From contig OX597821.1 of the NCBI GenBank assembly GCA_951406725.2, positions 86,676,001 through 86,740,000 on the forward strand: a stretch of DNA of 64,000 nucleotides, written 5' to 3'. Every line of letters begins with the position of its first letter. Position 1 is the first letter of the stretch. Positions 40,769 through 52,748 of the stretch are shown piece by piece. Source of the stretch: Octopus vulgaris. Lineage: Eukaryota. Below the pieces are notes generated by a model. The model was given only the letters and a program-made list of their open reading frames with translations, was not told the origin of the DNA and did not search any database. A program made the position numbers and the translations under genes.

Positions 40769-42035
40769 TTGGGTCATCCCATCAATAATGCGGGTTTTTT
40801 CAAGTGTATGAACTAAAAGTCAGAGAGGGACAGGATAAACTACCTGCATCAACTTACTATAAAAGCAGGTAGTAATTTTACCTTGTACTTATTCTTAGTG
40901 CCAGTTTTCAAGAGTGCAGTTCCATTTTAACAGTTATTTTTTCAAAGCTATAATGGAAGTGACAAAGGAACATATTCGGCATATTTTGCTTTATGTGTTC
41001 GATAAAGACAACAATGCAAGAGAAAGTGCAAGGAATATTAATGCAGTATATGGGGATCGGACAATAAGCGTAAGCCTGTGTCAATGGTGGTTCCAGTAAC
41101 TACAGCCTAGAAGACGAGCCTCGTCCTGGAAGATCTGTAGAGCTCAACAAGAACGTCCTGCAAACCCTAGGGGAACAAAATCTATTGTAACTGTTGAGGA
41201 ACTAGCAGCGAAGCTTGGATTTGGTCATTCAACCATTCATCAACACCTGTGTGCCATCAGAAAAGTCAGCAAATTGGGTCAATGGATTCCTCACAAACTT
41301 TCCAAGTCTAATAATGCACAGAGAGTGAATGTGTGCTCTTCTTTGCTGTCACATCTCACAAATGAACCTTTTTTGGACCGAATAGTGACTGGTGATGAGA
41401 AATGGGTTCTCTGTAAAAATGTCAAGTGCCGAAGACAGTGGGTAAGGAAAGGAGAAACACCTGCATCCCAGACTAAAGAAGGTCTTCAGCCACATAAGGT
41501 ATTGTTATCTGTTTGGAGGGATATGAAAGGTTTGAACTTTTAAACCCATACCAAATGATAACAAAGGTGATCTACTGTGAGCAGCTTGAGCGGCTTAAGT
41601 CAACGCTAGAAGAAAAATGACCATCTTTGGTGGTTTCAAGATGAAAGGTGTGCTTCCATGAAGATAATGCCCGGCCACATACAGCGAGGATAACATTCTA
41701 AAGGCTGGAGCAGTTTAAATAGGAAACAATGTCTCACCCACCGTATTCGCCGGACATTTCCCCATCTGATTATCATTTATTCCACAGTCCTCAAAATCAT
41801 TCGAACAGAAAAAATATGAATTCTGTAGACGAAGTCAAAACAGTACTAGTGGAGTATTTTTCATTATGGGCAAGTGAATTTTGGAAGAGGGGCCTTGCAA
41901 TTCTAGCAGATAGATGGAAAAGCACTGTAGAAGATGAAGGAGAGGACATTTTAGATTAAAAAATAACTTTGCTTATCTTAATTCTGAAAAATAGAAGATG
42001 TATAAAAAAACCACATTATTTATGGGATGACCCAA
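40769..42035 (+). mobile_element. Full-length decayed mariner transposon (1267 bp)
   Basis: TA flanks; TIRs TTGGGTCATCCCATcAATAATGcGG / CCaCATTATTtATGGGATGACCCAA. Confidence 0.95.
40953..41959 (+). pseudogene. mariner DD34D transposase pseudogene (stops and frameshifts)
   Basis: Fragments MEVTKEHIRHILLY..., LEDEPRPGR, WIPHKL, IVTGDEKWV, HEDNARPH and HPPYSPDISPSDYHLF. Confidence 0.93.
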
Positions 42036-42051
42036 TATATTTATGTATAGA

Positions 42052-42885
42052 CAAGGTCTGATCAATAAGTAACTGGCTGTTACCATAGTAACGAAGATAA
42101 AGCATGTAGAATGAAGCTGGTTGGCACAGATTGACTATGACCTCTGCTATGCATGTGCACCAAGTTTTAACCTTCTAGCTCAGTTCCCCTGTTTACAGCA
42201 GTGCTTGGAAGGAACGGGTGATTGTTACATTGATGATGATAGAGAAAGTTATCATGACAATACCTGCTCAGAGGCATCTGTAAAGTTACAGAAAGTGTAT
42301 GGAAAAGATTGTATGAGCTGCACACAAGTGTATGAGTGGTTCAGACGTTTCCAACATGGCCGAAAAAATGTCAGTTCTGACAAACGTTCTGGGAGACTTG
42401 CAACCAGCAGAAATGAGAAAAACATTGCATGCAACTGTGAGGAGAAATCATCAAATCACCATCCGTGAGTTATCAGAGGATGTGCAGATTAGATACGGCT
42501 CAGTTCAGTCCATTATCACTGAAGATTTGGGTATGAGACGTGTGTCAGCTGACCAGAAAGACACTCGGGTTTCAGTTGCACAAAATTTTCTTGATTGTAT
42601 AGAGAACGATGAAAACTTTTTGCAAACTTTGCATAGGCCTCTGAACACGCCAGGCTTTTGGCAACATTTGATGTAGATTCTCTGCTCAACTTTCTTTATC
42701 CTGGTCAATGCGACAATCACACGCTACACACCTTCCTTCCAAGCATTGCTGTAAACAGTGAAAGTGAGCTAGAATGTTAAAACTTAGTGTGCATGCACAG
42801 CAGAGTTCAAGGCCAATCTGTGCCAAGTGGCTTCACTGTGTGCTTTAGCTTTGTTACAGTCCAGATACTTATTGATCAGACCATG
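42052..42885. mobile_element. Second mariner family: non-autonomous element made of two inverted 5' ends
   Basis: Termini caaggtctgatcaataagta / tacttattgatcagaccatg|TA, with inverted similarity extending about 240-260 bp. Plus strand has HTH-region fragments (LQKVYGKDCMSCTQVYEWFRRF...RSGR; ITIRELSEDV..YGSVQSIITEDLGMRRVSA); minus strand has KKVEQRIYIKCCQK. Confidence 0.85.
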
Positions 42886-43036
42886 TATAGTAGTATCAAA
42901 AGTTTCCATAGAAAGTCAGAAGTGAAAGAAGAGTGTATTATACTCAAGGCTGGACTATACTGAGGATTTATGGTACTCATTCTATAAGTACTACTTTATT
43001 TTTGTTATGAAATGAGAACTTTGTGTTCATTTACAC

Positions 43037-43794
43037 CAGTGGTTCCCCAAATTCGTGGTACTGCCTCCCTGGGGCAGTGGAAAGGCCGATAGGGTGATGA
43101 AAAGATCGAGGGCATCAATGGAAAGATCAAGGTAGGGTGGAAAGAGCAGGGAAAATGGACAGGGGTGGGGGTGCAGCAAAGTGGGAGTGGTAATGGGTTA
43201 GCCAAAAGGGGACAATCAATGTAAAAAAGAAAGCCAAAATAATGGGTTAATCAGGTTAAGTTTTATTTGTGAAATTCAATTGTTTTAAATTTGTTGCAGA
43301 AAGGTTGTCTATATTGGGAAGCACTCCGTCGGTTACGACGACGAGGGTTCCGGTTGATCCGAATCAACGGAACAGCCTGCTCGTGAAATTAACGTGTAAG
43401 TGGCTGAGCACTCCACAGACACGTGTACCCTTAACGTAGTTCTCGGGGATATTCAGCGTGACACAGAGAGTGACAAGGCCGGCCCTTTGAAATACAGGTA
43501 CAACAGAAACAGGAAGTAAGAGTGAGAGAAAGTTGTGGTGAAAGAGTACAGCAGGGATCACCACCATCCCTGCCGGAGCCTCGTGGAGCTTTTTGGTGTT
43601 TTCGCTCAATAAACACTCACAACGCCCGGTCTGGGAATCGAAACTGTGATCCTATGACCGCGAGTCCACTGCCCTAACCACTGGGCCATTGCACCTCCAC
43701 TTGTCTATATTAATGGTGGTGAGTGATGACAGGGTGCTACGCATGTGGCCCGAGTGACAAGTAGGTGGCAGCCTGAAAAATTTGGGAACCACTG
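43037..43794. mobile_element. hAT-type MITE with 8-bp TSD, carrying a nested SINE
   Basis: TIRs CAGTGGTTCCC / GGGAACCACTG; perfect TSD atttacac at 43029-43036 and 43795-43802. Confidence 0.9.
43316..43700 (-). mobile_element. Full-length tRNA-derived SINE (octopus OR-type-like) with 11-bp TSD
   Basis: Minus strand GTGGAGGTGCAATGGCCCAGTGGTTAGGGC (A box)...GTTTCGATTCC (B box); TSD ttgtctatatt at 43305-43315 and 43701-43711. A related copy lies at about 58280-58486. Confidence 0.88.
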
Positions 43795-43846
43795 ATTTAC
43801 ACTAAAGAAAGCACTTTGTTATTTATTATAGTTTTATTAGTAAGGA

Positions 43847-44053
43847 GGCGAGCTGGCAGAAATGTTAACCTGCTGGGTGAAATGCATAGCAGTATTTCGT
43901 CTGTTTTTATGTTCTGAGTTCAAATTCCACCGAGGTCGACTTTACTTTCCATCCTTTCAGGTTCGATATATTAAGTACTAGTTGCATACTGGGGTTGATC
44001 TAATCAACTGCCCCACCAAAAACAATTCAGGCCTTGTGCCTAGAGTAGAAAAG
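43847..44053 (+). mobile_element. SINE family B, tail type 2
   Basis: ggcgagctggcagaaatgtt...caggccttgtgcctagagtagaaaag. Confidence 0.85.
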
Positions 44054-44439
44054 ACTATAGATTTATTAGTAGATACAGATGTTGGTACAGCTGTACGATT
44101 TGCATGCAGAAACATGAAATATAAAACTAAAGACTAGTATGTGTAGCCTAACATCCAATCAATTCATTGTCCCATTTATTAATGGAATAGAATTAGCTGT
44201 TCCTATTAATTTCAGTTAAGCATTCATTGCTTCAACCACTCAATAACTTAGCTCCTATGCCAATGGTGGGATATATCGTCAATTGTTTATCTGAAAGGGA
44301 TATGTAATCTACCCAACTGTTGCTACTCAAAGTATAACTACAATTAGATTAAGCTGAATGAATATTAAGTATTTGTAATGACTATGTTATTTGCAATCCA
44401 TAGATCAATAACAATTATTAATAATATGATACTCTAGAG

Positions 44440-45032
44440 CAGTGGTTTTCAACCAGGGTTCTGCGGAACCTTAGGGTTCTGCCAGTACAGTCTAGGGGTT
44501 CCGCAAGAAGTTACAAAACTGCTAAAATCGGCAGTAATTTTTAATTTTCCTGTGCAGATATCTCTCTCATTTACTCTTTTACTTGTTTTAGTCATTTGAC
44601 TGCGGCCATGCTGGAGCACCGCCTTTAGTCGAGCAAATCGACCATGGGACTTATTCTTTGTAAGCCCAGTACTTTTTCTATCGGTCTCTTTTGCCGAACC
44701 GCTAAGTTACGGGGACGTAAACACAAGCAATGCTAGGGGGACAAACACAGACACACATACATATATACGACAGGCTTCTTTCAGTTTCCGTCTACCAAAT
44801 CCACTCACAAGGCATTGGTCGGCCCGGGACTATAGCAGAAGACACTTGCCCAAGATGCCACGCAGTGGGACTGAACCCGGAACCATGTGGTTGGTTAGCA
44901 AGCTACTTACCACACAGCCACTCCTGCGCCTATATGTGTGCATAAGACTATTAAATTATTGCACAGGGGTTCCCCGAGCCAGTGGAATGTTTCCTTGGGG
45001 TTCCGCTCCAGCAAAAATTTTGAAAAGCACTG
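44440..45032. mobile_element. hAT (Charlie-like) MITE with CTCTAGAG TSD and nested SINE A
   Basis: ctctagag|CAGTGGTTTTCAA ... TTGAAAAGCACTG|ctctagag, with internal ggttcc/ggaacc subterminal motifs. Confidence 0.9.
44572..44930 (-). mobile_element. SINE family A nested in the hAT MITE
   Basis: Complete head GGCGCAGGAGTGGCTGTGTGGTAAG on the minus strand. Confidence 0.88.
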
Positions 45033-45496
45033 CTCTAGAGCAGTGGTTCCTCAGCTTTTTGGGGCTGCCAGGTCAAATTCCTAGCACTGGCACCACCACT
45101 ACCACCACAAACATAGACCACTCTCTGCAGGAAATTCAAAAACAAACGTATTTCACAAATAAAACTTAACCAAGTTAACCCGCTGTTTTTACATCTATTG
45201 CACCCTTTTGGCCACCTCATTATCATCCCACTTTTATTCAACTACCCACTGAATATTCTCCCTCCCTGCCCTCTTTAGGTAAATCTTGGAATTCATAATG
45301 AATAACAGCCAGTGAGAAAGCAACTGCAATCTAGAAAGACTTGCCCTACCCAGTAAATTCTTTGTTTAAAATTCTCACTTCTATAAAAAAAAGAAAATGT
45401 TTTTTTTTTCCTTCTTGAAGTTAAGACTTCCTGCTTTCATACAGTATTTTACCTTCTCATTTGTTTTTATATCCATTTTTCCATGCTAACATTAAT

Positions 45497-45759
45497 ATGT
45501 GTGTATGTATGTATGCATGTATGTATGTATGTATGTATGTATGTATGTATGTATGTATGTATGTATGTATGGATGGATGGATGGATGGATGGATGGATGG
45601 ATGGATGGATGCATGTATGTGTGTATGTATGTATGTATGTATGTATGTATGTATGTATGTATGTATGTATGTATGTATGTATGCATGTATGTGTGTATGT
45701 ATGTATGTGTGTGTATGTATGCATGTATGTATATGTATGTGTATGTATGTATGTATGTA

Positions 45760-45791
<32 letters not shown>

Positions 45792-45843
45792 CATAAATAT
45801 ATATATACATGCATATATGTATGTGTTTATGTGTGTGTGTGTG

Positions 45844-45875
<32 letters not shown>

Positions 45876-45903
45876 AATATATATGTATGTATATATATAT
45901 ATA
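45497..45903. repeat. Compound microsatellite (GTAT)n/(GGAT)n/(AT)n
   Basis: Read directly; it explains the MYVC/HTYI ORFs in the track. Confidence 0.97.
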
Positions 45904-46620
45904 TCATCATCATCATCATCATCGTTTAACGTCCGTTCTCCATGCTAGCATGGGTAGGACGGTTCGACCTGGGATCTGGGAAGCCAGAAGGCTGCACCAG
46001 GCTCCAGTCTTATCTGGCAATGTTTCTACAGCTGGATGCCCTTCCTAACGCCAACCACTCCGTGAGTGTAGTGGGTGCTTTTTACGTGCCACCTGCACAG
46101 GTGCCAGGTGAGGCTGGCAACAGCCACGGTTGGACTGGTGTATTTTATGTGCCACCGGCACGGAAGCCAGTCGAGGCGGCGCTGGCATCGGCCACGAGTC
46201 GGATAGTGCTTTTTATGTACCACCAGACCAGGGATCCTGGCTGGTTCAATTCGATTTCGATTTCGCTTGCCCCAACATGTCTTCGCAAGCAAAGGGGGTT
46301 GGCATGGGTGCCTGTCGTACGGTCGGATTGGTGTATTTTACGTGCCACCGGCATGGAAGCCAGTGGAGGTGGCGCTGGCATCGGCCACGAGTCGGATAGT
46401 GCTTTTTACGTACCACCAGACCAGGGATCCTGGCTGGTTCAATTCGATTTCGATTTCGCTTTCGCTTGTCCCAACATGTCTTCGCAAGCAAAGGGGGTTG
46501 GCATGGGTGCCTGTCGTCAGATGAGGTTCTATATCGACTTCGCTTGCCTCAACAGGTCTTTGTGTCCAAGGGAGGAAAGGCATTCATAAGTGGGCTGGGC
46601 TCACTTGTCCTGCCTGGTCT
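45904..46620 (-). mobile_element. Family C RTE 3' UTR with an internal tandem duplication of about 193 bp
   Basis: (CAT)n tail; the units at about 46128-46320 and 46321-46518 are near-identical. Confidence 0.85.
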
Positions 46621-46662
<42 letters not shown>

Positions 46663-46721
46663 ATATATAATATATTATATATATACACACATATATATAC
46701 ACATATATATACACACATACA

Positions 46722-46764
<43 letters not shown>

Positions 46765-46765
46765 A

Positions 46766-47175
46766 GGCACAGGTGTGGCTATGTGGTAAGAAGCTTGCTT
46801 CCCAACTACATGGTTCTGGGTTCAGTCCCACTGTATGGCACTCTGGACAAGTGTCTTCTACTGTAGCCTTGGGCCAACCAAAGCCTTGTGAGTCGATTTG
46901 GTAGACGGAAACTGAAAGAAGCCTGTTGTATACATATGTATATATTTATGTATATGTGTCTATGCTTGCCCCCCCCCCAATCACTTGACACCCGGTGCTG
47001 GTGTGCTTATGTCCTTGTAGCTTAGCAGTTCAGCAAAAAGGACTGAAAGAATAAGTACTATGCTTACAAAGAATAAGTCCTGGGGTCAAATCTTTTGACT
47101 AAAAAGCCCTTTAAGGTGCTGCTCCAGCATGACCACAGTCAAATGACTGAAACAAGTAAAAGAATAAAAGAATAT
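46766..47175 (+). mobile_element. SINE family A, full length
   Basis: ggcacaggtgtggctatgtggtaag...gggttcagtccc...aagtaaaagaataaaagaata. Confidence 0.88.
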
Positions 47176-47176
47176 A

Positions 47177-47349
47177 TACTCTTTTTACTCTTTAGTCAAA
47201 CAAATTGGCCCCAGGACTTATTCGTTGTAAGCCTAGTACTTATTCTATCGGTCTATTTTGCCAGACCACTAAGTTACTGGTTTGTAAACACACCAACATC
47301 AGTTGTCAAGTGATAGTGGGAGGAAAAACACAGACACACAGACATATAC

Positions 47350-47419
<70 letters not shown>

Positions 47420-47587
47420 ATATATATGACAGACTTCTTTCAGTTTCCATCTACCAAATCCACTCACAAAGCTTTGGTTGGCCTGAGGCTATAGTAGAAG
47501 ACACTTGCCCAAGGTGCCATGCAGTGGGACTGAACCTGGAATAATGTGGTTGGTAAGCAAGCTACATACCACACAGCCACTCCTGTG

Positions 47588-47589
<2 letters not shown>
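47177..47589 (-). mobile_element. SINE family A, tail-to-tail with the previous copy
   Basis: Reverse-complement copy ending cagccactcctgtgcc. Confidence 0.88.
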
Positions 47590-47623
<34 letters not shown>

Positions 47624-47859
47624 TAGGTTTACAAAGAATAAGTCCTGGGGTCAAATTTTTTGACTAAAAAGCCCTTTAAGGTGCTGCTCCAGCATGGCCA
47701 CAGTCAAATGACTGAAACAAGTAAAAGAATAAAAGAATATATACTCTTTTACTCTTTAGTCAAACAAATTGGCCCCATCTGACACATGGTATACATGGCT
47801 CAACTACAAGAAATAGGAGGATTGTTACAATAGGATGAGGAAGCTTGGTATCCAGGTGT

Positions 47860-49190
47860 AAGCCAGGATCTCATTGTTTGTGGCTTGATGTCAAGGATTT
47901 CAGGTTGCATAAGTGAAAATGTTAAGATGCCACTTGTGCCTAGAATAGATGCTCTTGGTCACACAGCCATGATGTATATTGAGAATACAAGCTCTGTAGA
48001 TTGCAACTTTTGAGCTTGGTGTTAGCATACTATTCACCCAGAGTCTTATTGTCAGTATGGCTAGTATCAAGGTTGTTCTTCTTATGTAGAGAGAGAGAGA
48101 AGAGTTTCTGTTGATCTCAGGCTCCACGGAGAGGTTGTCAATAGTGTTGGAGTGAAGGCATATGAACTCACAGACTATCTCTTGATGGGAGTTGTTGATG
48201 GTAATGATAGGGGAGTTTTCAACACTTCACCCATTCACTTTTGTCTTCTTCAGACTGCTGGTCAAACTCAAGTCTTAACAGCTTTTTGTAGGACTGTCCA
48301 AGAGGTGTTGCAATTACTCCTCCAAATCTGTTGCCAGTGCTGCATCATCTGCATACAGCATGTCTCTGATGTATACTTCATATACTTTGGTTTTCATCCT
48401 TAGTTAGGTCTGACTGAGAAGTTTCTCAACCGATCTGGTGTATGACCAGGGTGAAGACAAGCACAGAGTCTTGTTTCACTCTACTACGAATGCCAGACAA
48501 TTTTGAAGAAGAACCATCAAACAAAATTACACCTGATTTTCATATTTGAATGGAATGGTTGAACAATCCTCATTGTGTATCCAGTCTTTGCAAGGATTTT
48601 GAACAGAGCCATCTCTTTGCACAAGGCCGAAGACCTTCATTGGTAAGCAAAAGAGATGTTGAATGGTTATCTTTGACCTCTACATTTTATTGCAATAATC
48701 AATAGGAAATGGCAAGCTGGCAGAAACGTTAGCACGCCAGGCAAAATGCTTAGCAGTATTTCGTCTGTCTTTATGTTCTGAGTTCAAATTCCACCGAGGT
48801 CGACTTTGCCTTTCATCCTTTCAGGCTCGATTAAATAAGTACCAGTTACGCACTGGGGTCGATATAATCGACCTAATCCGTTTGTCTGTCCTTGTTTGTC
48901 CTCTCTGTTTAGCCCCTTGTGGGTAGTAAAGAAATTGGTATTTCGTCTGTCATTATGTTCTGAGTTCAAATTCTGCCAAGGTCAACTTTGCCTTTCATCC
49001 TGTCAAGATCAATAAATAAAGTACAAGTTGCGTACTGGGGTTGATCTAATCAATTGGCTACCTCCCCCAAAATTTCAGGCCTTGTGCCTAGAGTAGAAAA
49101 GAATAATTAGGAAATCACATCAACTATGGAGTGTTCTGATCTGAAATCACATTGAGACTCAGAATCTATTCAGTACCTGAGTAACAATTT
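47860..49190 (-). mobile_element. Decayed RTE reverse-transcriptase fragment interrupted by SINE B
   Basis: Minus strand reads ESQCDFRSEHSIVDVIS (about 49110-49165), RVKQDSVLVFTL (about 48450-48485) and IRDMLYADDAAL (about 48335-48370). Confidence 0.8.
48711..49103 (+). mobile_element. Composite SINE B dimer (tail-1 unit followed by a headless tail-2 unit)
   Basis: 48711-48933 ends ...cccttgtgggtagtaaagaaa; 48937-49103 restarts at ggtatttcgtctg and ends ...gcctagagtagaaaagaa. Confidence 0.82.
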
Positions 49191-49823
49191 TCCTGTATAT
49201 ATGTTTATAATTTATATGCGTGTATGTATGTATTTATCTTTCCCACTCTCTCTCTCTGTTTGACGAGCAGTGAAGGTTTGTTTACATCCTTGTAATTTAA
49301 CAGTTAATCGAAACTGAGTCAGAATAAATACCAGGCTTGAAATAAGTTCTGAGGTTGATTTGGTCATTCAAATTCTTCAAGATGGTGCCCCAGCATGGCT
49401 GTAGTTTAATGATTTAATGACTGAAACAAGTAAAAGAATACACACACACACACACACACATATTATTGACTGCACAAAGTCAATGTATGCGTTTTGCTTG
49501 TTTGCTGGTTCACTGCGACATAGCATCTGGGAGATGACTCCTTCATTACACTGGGTGTTAACATATCTGAAAGTCATAAGACAGGTAAGACAACTTGCTT
49601 CTGATTCCATTCAGGAGTAATGGATACTGTTATTTCGCCATTCTTGTGGTTTATCAACATCACGTATCTGAATCGAACCGGAGACAAATTGAATCGCCAG
49701 TCCGTGGTTATTTATAAATGGAGTACAAACCATTTGCTGGTATGCCACGTCGATGCATACAAAAGATTGAATTCAATAATGAATTAAAAGGCAGTGCTAA
49801 GAGTGCATATTTTTACTGACTTA

Positions 49824-50215
49824 CTAGCAGTATCGCCCGGCATTGCTCGGGTTTGTTTTGACCCTTTAGAATTGGAATTTTTGAAAAGTAAAAATTTTGC
49901 ATTATGTAGCTTGTTATTCTCTTTAAGTGAACATTTTTCTGGTTGAAATACACTGAAAAATGGCGACACAGCAGTAAAAAAATCGTAAAAAGTAGGGATT
50001 TTCATTGAAAAAAAGCACCTTTTTGATGTAAATAATTTTTGGTGTTAACATGGTCCGATTTGAACTTTTTGTTCTACGGAAGGAAGAGCAAGCCTTCTTC
50101 TATCATACTTTCAGTTTTGGTCAACTTGCACCACAGGATCTCGGAGGAGATAGTGTTAGTTGAAGGCTACCAAACCTGCCATACACAGATAACTTCAACT
50201 TTATATAGAGAGAGA
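49824..50215 (-). mobile_element. Non-autonomous Helitron, different internal sequence
   Basis: a|ctagcagtatcgcccggcattgctcgggtttg terminus shared with the other copies; the other end is ...ctttatatagagagaga|t. Confidence 0.78.
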
Positions 50216-50271
50216 TTTGTATTTTGAGATGATCTTTTTTTTTTTTTCCAAATGCTCTATATATTCATTCT

Positions 50272-50665
50272 TACTCTTTTACTTGTTTCAGTCATTTGAT
50301 TACTGCCATGCTGGAGCACCGCCTTTAGTCAAGGAAATCGACTCCAGGACTTATTCTTTGTAAGCCTAGTGCTTATTCTATCGGTCTCTTTTTGCCAAAC
50401 CGCTAAGTTACAGGGACGTAAACACACCAGCATCAGTAGTCAAGCAATGTTGGTGAGTGGGGGGAGACAAACACAAACACACACATATATAAACACATAT
50501 ACATATATACGATGGGCTTCTTTCAGTTTCCGTCTACCAAATCCACTCACAAGGCTTTGGTCAGCCCAAGGCTATAGCAGTAGACACTTGCCCAAGGTGC
50601 CATGCAGTGGGACTGAACCCAGAACCATGTGGTTGGTAAGCAAGCTACTTCCCACACAGCCACTC
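50272..50665 (-). mobile_element. SINE family A
   Basis: Collinear with 5204-5572. Confidence 0.88.
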
Positions 50666-50819
50666 ATGAGCTTTTCTTATTTTATCTTAAGTCCGTTGTC
50701 CAGACAATGGACATAAGATAAAATAAGAACAGTCGTGAGAAAAGTGCTCTCACGGGGCTAAGAGTTGTTTTGACTTTTATTTCTAGCGATGCTGGTGCTG
50801 AGTAGCACTCTCCGCCACT

Positions 50820-51172
50820 GTACATACATACATACATGTTGGCTGCCCCCTCGTTATGGGGTATGGCCATTACACGAGGGTTAACTGTTATCGGTGCTGT
50901 GATCAAATGCGACTATTTAGCCCAGCTAAAGATCTACAATGTCTTGTACAGAATTGGCAGCTAAAACCTTTACCAGCAATAGCCAGCTGTAGTTGTAACT
51001 GGGATTCATGTAACTTTGGATGTCGTTTAAGTCCTCCTGCCAAATGACACTCCCTTCTACATACCTGACTGATATGATTAGTATCGTGTGTAGCACCACC
51101 ACCAGTGGCCTGGTTGTCAATCATCTGTCTCGCTTTATGGCTATGAAGATGACTCTTGAGTCGAGCTTTACT
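50820..51172 (-). mobile_element. LINE 3' fragment with tandem C2H2 fingers (RTE/RTEX-like)
   Basis: RLKSHLHSH...QVCRRECHLAGGLKRHPKLH...FSCQFCTRHCRSLAGLNSRI, then a short 3' UTR and a (TATG)n tail. Confidence 0.65.
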
Positions 51173-52748
51173 GATGCATACATACACACATACATACATA
51201 CATACATACATACATACATACATACAGACGGACAGACAGACATACATACATACAGACAGACACCCCCCCACACACACACATTATTGGTGAAGGCCTGTTT
51301 AGAAGGTTACTTTGGGTTTTTAAACAGGCCTTCACCAGTAATAAATATAGATGCTCTACTTCTTAAAGTGTGCTTCTTCTGTGTCTTTATTTTTCTAAAA
51401 GGAAATAGATGCATTCATATAATTTGCCTTTTGTCTCTACAGTTGTGTTTGTTTCCATTATAACAACTTTACGGCAAGATTATTATGTTAATATTTATTC
51501 CCACTGAAACTAGTTCGAGCGTATCACTCAGGCTTGCGAGGAAGGGATGGCCTCCCTTTGCAAATACTCCAAGGACACAGATATTGTGTCTAAAGCCAGC
51601 TTGAGACGAAGATCTCTTGGGGCTATAAAGCTACAGTAACACCCCCTCCCCAATGTGGTTAGCCATGATAAGATGGCTTCTATACTTTACATTATGTTAA
51701 TATTGTTTTAATTTAAACTCAAGACAGCTCTGCAATAGGAATAACTTGGCGGTCATAGTTACTTCCCTTTGAAATCATTTGTACTGTATGGATTGCCTCC
51801 CTTATTACGATTGGCCTCTGAAGAGAAATCAGGTCATTGTGATTAGCGTAATTATTATGTAATGATTATTAATTCTTAATATTGAAGATGTTAGTTTAAT
51901 TACATTAAAAAAAACTTTGAATGGCAATAGATAAGTGCACCGAGGATCACGTCAGGTAAACAAATTTAATGAGAGCATGACATAATGAGTTTTTAGGTTA
52001 ACTTCAAGGGAACAGCTTTGCTCAATTCATTTGATAAATGGAACAGTGAATCGATTAGATTGCACACATTAATGTCTCTAGTTTCAGCTCTCATATTTCA
52101 TGTTGGATTCAAATCTGTCGGCTATCCTGACTTGTCTTTCATCGGATGCACAGCAATACTTTGATAATGAAGTTTACTCTATACAACGCGTGTTTTGTGA
52201 AATTGACACGCATACACGCAAGCACGCATGCACGCATGCACGCACACACGGACGTACGCACGCACGGACGGATGCGCGCACGCAATCATAACCAGTGTTG
52301 GGGGAGAAGGATGGAAAAAAAGAATGCGTGAGTGGAGTATTGATATCAGTAAGGAGTGATCAGTTGTCAGGAAATAAGAAATTGTAAAGAATGTAAACAA
52401 ATTAGAATCTAGAATCTGCAAGGAGTTGCCTTACAATAATGTCCAGGAAAGAAAAGCAGGAATATACATTAGTCAGTGTGGTGAGGCGGGGAAAGAGCGG
52501 TGAGTTGAATCAATCATTTCTTTTATTGACACAAGGGCTATGGTTGAAAGGACATTACAAGAGCAGGTTATAAAAAGTCTGTAATGTTTACACAGAAATC
52601 GAATAAATAAAATTTTTTAATGTTCATGTTATTTTTCATACATCATTCCGTGATGCACCCGGACACATTACTGGTGAGGTTTCTCGTGGTCATCAGGTGT
52701 CATTAGGTCTATCGAAGGTTAAAGTAGGAATTTTACCAGCTGCATTAC

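Noticed and set aside
43625-43700. tRNA gene on the minus strand
   Set aside because: A and B boxes are present but run into a SINE body with a TSD, and no proper acceptor stem is evident; it is a SINE head. The same applies to the family A and B heads.
45457-46048. Multiple overlapping 100-150 aa ORFs (MYVC/HTYI repeats)
   Set aside because: Translations of (GTAT)n/(AT)n microsatellites.
45942-46589. 215-aa ORF with internal repeat
   Set aside because: Antisense reading of the family C LINE 3' UTR with a tandem duplication; the same peptide start recurs at 10729, 18757 and within the 37164 ORF.
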